A DNA stretch of 51,711 bases, the filler included, from Sphacelaria rigidula (taxonomy: Eukaryota): NCBI GenBank assembly GCA_964200075.2. It is 4 parts of 4 records of this genome, joined end to end, with 100 filler letters (N's around TTAATTAATTAA, not from the genome) between each part and the next. Parts side by side here need not be neighbours in the genome. Positions count along the whole stretch, not along the records: positions 38,860 to 51,711 come from CAXNAA020003359.1; 3 more parts are not named here. The stretch is one strand, 5' to 3'. Both the position numbers and the translations under genes were made by a program. The notes under the pieces are model-generated. The model had not been told where the DNA came from. It saw only the letters and a list, made by a program, of their open reading frames with translations, and ran no database searches. Below, piece by piece: positions 48,577 through 51,711 of the stretch; position 1 is the first letter of the stretch; every line of letters begins with the position of its first letter.

Positions 48577-51520
48577 TCATGCAAATGTCAGACAGCAGCA
48601 AGGAAGAAGAGTCCCACGTATTGTACGTAGAGAGCGAAAATAACACTTAGCCAAATACCATGCTACTCGCATCGCTCCACTAGCATATGGGCGCAGGCAT
48701 GTCGCATCAGCTGCCATTCGCGCCCTGGCTCTCGTTCTCTCTCTCTCTCGAAGACGATCGGGATCGTCTTCGATGTCATTTGGGGTCGCTGCGCCAATGG
48801 AATCGATGACGTTGTTTGCCTCGCGCAGCTCAGGATCGGCCCCAGTGAAGCGCTTGAGGATGAATGATGGTATTGATGCGGCAGTGAAAGCAGGCACCGC
48901 TACCAGTATCTTGGCGAAGTTGGGGTGAAGGAACAGCAACATTTCAACCTAGAAACCGTCGAGGCGGCTTCTCCGGCTGGACAAAAGCTGCCCCGCGCCA
49001 CCGAAGTCACGCTCGATCTGTGCTGCAGAAGCTTCGTTACCAAACGTCTGCTGCGCTACACTGCGCAAGAGTCTGAACTGAATCTTCCCCTGGCGCGCCC
49101 AGTACCTCAGGGGCTCCCGCGGGGGGACGTCAGAAGGCTTCACGTTGAGATTCCGAAACCACGCGATCTCGCCATCCACAAGCTTCCCAACTCCCTCTTC
49201 GGGGGATAGCTCTTCCTCTGCCCTATCCTCCGCATCGTCGCAGGCGAACATCCCCCACTTGTCGTCGTCGCTGCTTTTCGGAGCGTTGCTCGGCTGGGTC
49301 ACCGTCATCTTCAGGGTCTTGGCCTCTCGCGCCTCATCGGTATTCTCACGTCTGCTCATCTCCGATAGCCCCGCCTTAATCGCCTGGGCGCGAATCTTTG
49401 TCCAAGTGTCCGCGCGCATACGAGACACGACACCTGCCGGCGTTGGAACTGTCGCTTTGCTACTGGCGGGCAGCCCGCTGTCGTCGCCCGCAACCAGCTT
49501 CAGCAGGTCCAAGTGCTTGCCCGAGTGGAACGGCAGCCTAAGCATGACAGTCGCGTCCTTGAAGAAAGAGGGGTCTACAGCGGTGTCGTCCTACACGCGG
49601 CCAGAAAACCTCGACACGAAAGCCGCGGAGAGTTCACAGCGGGTAATAGATGCGACGTCGGTGAGGTCGACCATCTGGAATGGGAGAGATTCGTTGACGT
49701 GGACCTTCACTTTCTCCTCTGCAACCGGAGCGGGGGGGAGCTGGTACACCTATGAGGGGGAGGGGGAGGGTGCAATACACCGGCAGGAGAGGGAAAAGAG
49801 TAATTTCGGCAAAGCATACATTCGGGGGACGGCATGCGCCACGATTTGCAGCACAATGGGTGCGATCGACGTCATGACACACACATGTTGGCTCAACAGC
49901 CGACTCCAATCATGAATGTCTCACCAATTGTGTCCTGTGACAACTTGGTTCATGGCTTAGACAGCACGAAAACACGAGAAAAACCCACCATGGAGTCGGT
50001 TTTGGATATCTGCTCTCGCCTAAAAATACCCACACCAATTTACCTTCACATTCAAAGATTATCTTGATCTTGATATCAATATCAATGCCAGCATTATTTT
50101 TGCAACAAGTGTTGAAATATTGGGAGTACCAAAGTGTTGCGTGCTGAGCTCCCGCGTGGTCGATCACCCAAGTGCAGGTGTGAAACGTGTTGATTTCGCC
50201 GTCCTGTAACAATAGCGGAAACGAAAGAGAGATGGTGAACCTACCTTCGAGGGCCTTGAGTTTGCTGAGCGCCATGTGCATCTCTGCGGTCATTGGAACG
50301 CTACCGTGCTGCCCGCCACGCGTGATGTTCACGACGGGTTTCATTAGCGAATATAGTTGAAGGATGCTGTCCCGGTTGCTGCCCTGGTCCAGGGGGAGGG
50401 CGTCGCCCTTGAGGGTATGCAACTTCCGACGCTGGTGGCACAGACGAATGATGACCCCGCAGAATCTGTTCGAACTCAGCCACCGCTGAGGTGCGTGCTT
50501 CACGATCTTCAGGAACATCCCCGAATCCTCAATCTGTCGACAGCAACAAGGGAGAGGCAGCCGGATCTCGCAGCGTCAACGTTATCCGAAGTCGTGGAGG
50601 GACAGGAATGCTGCACGGAAGCATTGAGGCATCCTTCCATGACCATCCCACGACTGGAGGTACACCAACGTCTCGAAGGTAGCATTCGCTTGTACGTTAG
50701 TTCGCATAAGTAAATTCATAAAACGACCAGATGAAACGAAACTGTATGAGATGAAAGAAAAGACGAAACAGACACCAGAAAATGCAACATTACGCAAAAC
50801 ATACGACAGCAAAATTCATGTGACGAAACCACATTATGAAGGGGGAAAAAAAGACAAAACACGAAGCAAATGATAAAAGATTACGTACGGTCGCAAAACA
50901 CGAGAAACAAAGTTTTCGTGAGATTGAGAGTAGGGCGTTGATTTAGAGTGGGTTTCAGCATTCGCTTGCTTTCGTTGCCTGTAAAGCGATGTCCTACTCA
51001 AGGATATCAGTCTCTCCCTGTCGATCGTATACCCTACTCTCAAATCTCACGAAATCGTTGTTGAAAGTGGCGAAGATATGACAAAACCACGAGGGACAAA
51101 GAAACGCCGGGTGGAAGTGAAACAAATGTGTATTATCATATCAGGTGACCTCACCTGCATGTCCTCGAATTCCGCCCACCACGTGGAAGACTTGTTGAGC
51201 CTCTGTACCAGCTTGACGACCTTTTGAATCAAATCTCGTGCTGCCGGGTTCTTCGACTTGGCTGGGTCTGTGGCCGTGCCGAAACCATGATCGCATGCCT
51301 TATTGGCCATGTGCGATACGCACCAGTCCCACTCGATTCCGACTCAACGTGCGTGATTCACGCACATCGATTTGACGTCGGAGCCGCTGTCACTTGTCCA
51401 CGAGGCGAGGTCCCCCACGTCAAGGCCGAAATCTTGTACTGTAGTCGTGAAGATCTTCCACAATGGCTTAGCGGCTTTGGTAGTATCCGCGGCGTCGAGG
51501 TCAGGACAGTAGGGCTTGAT
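48577..51520 (-). pseudogene. Intron-containing hAT-superfamily transposase pseudogene (5' part beyond the window end)
   Basis: Exon 51520-51155 has TSDSGSDV and WDWCVSH (CxxH). Exon 50533-50245 has PQRWLS (the hAT 'TRW' motif). Exon 49749-~48577 has PLRYW...SAAQIERDF...RRSRL...EMLLFL (dimerisation domain with the catalytic E). In-frame stops occur at ~51345, ~49592 and ~48950. Confidence 0.88.
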
Positions 51521-51711
51521 CTGTGCGTGATGACATGGAAATAAAATGATTGAGCGACACTCTTTACGATAACCCTCCACAAAAAAGTGCATGGTTCTGG
51601 GAGGGAAAATGTTCACGTAAATCGAAATGGGGAAAGCCGAGCACAACGAGGAGCTGGGAATTCCCACGCTTGGGTTCGTTCTAGCTCATGTCGCCAATAT
51701 GAGGCGCTTCA

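Noticed and set aside
49145..49915. 256-aa plus-strand ORF
   Set aside because: It is an antisense shadow of the hAT transposase exon.

Overview
This is eukaryotic, repeat-rich DNA, most likely from a brown alga (Phaeophyceae). That assignment is an inference from the 72-nt phase-1 LRR exon, TTAGGG-type telomeric tracts and the splice-site style. The window is not one locus. It is four contigs of 12854, 12853, 12852 and 12852 bp joined by artificial 100-nt N/TTAATTAATTAA linkers, so nothing can be inferred across the linkers. Contig 1 has one exon of a chalcone-isomerase-fold protein, a scrambled Mutator (MULE) transposase relic with a ~0.85-1 kb repeat that may be its long TIR, an RTE LINE fragment, and a decayed Gypsy element carrying a SINE with a perfect 90-bp palindrome. 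Contig 2 is a mosaic of diverged duplicated modules, including a TTAGGG-preceded foldback element, plus one isolated 72-nt LRR exon. Contig 3 has a Tourist-like MITE, a young 5'-truncated RTE LINE and several orphan exon candidates. Contig 4 has an RTE fragment, a possible Penelope/hammerhead relic, an internally deleted Gypsy element with both LTRs and a probable chromodomain, and an intron-containing hAT transposase pseudogene. I found no complete host gene, rRNA, true tRNA, CRISPR array or convincing new multi-gene system. All family calls come from recognising motifs by eye, not from database searches.
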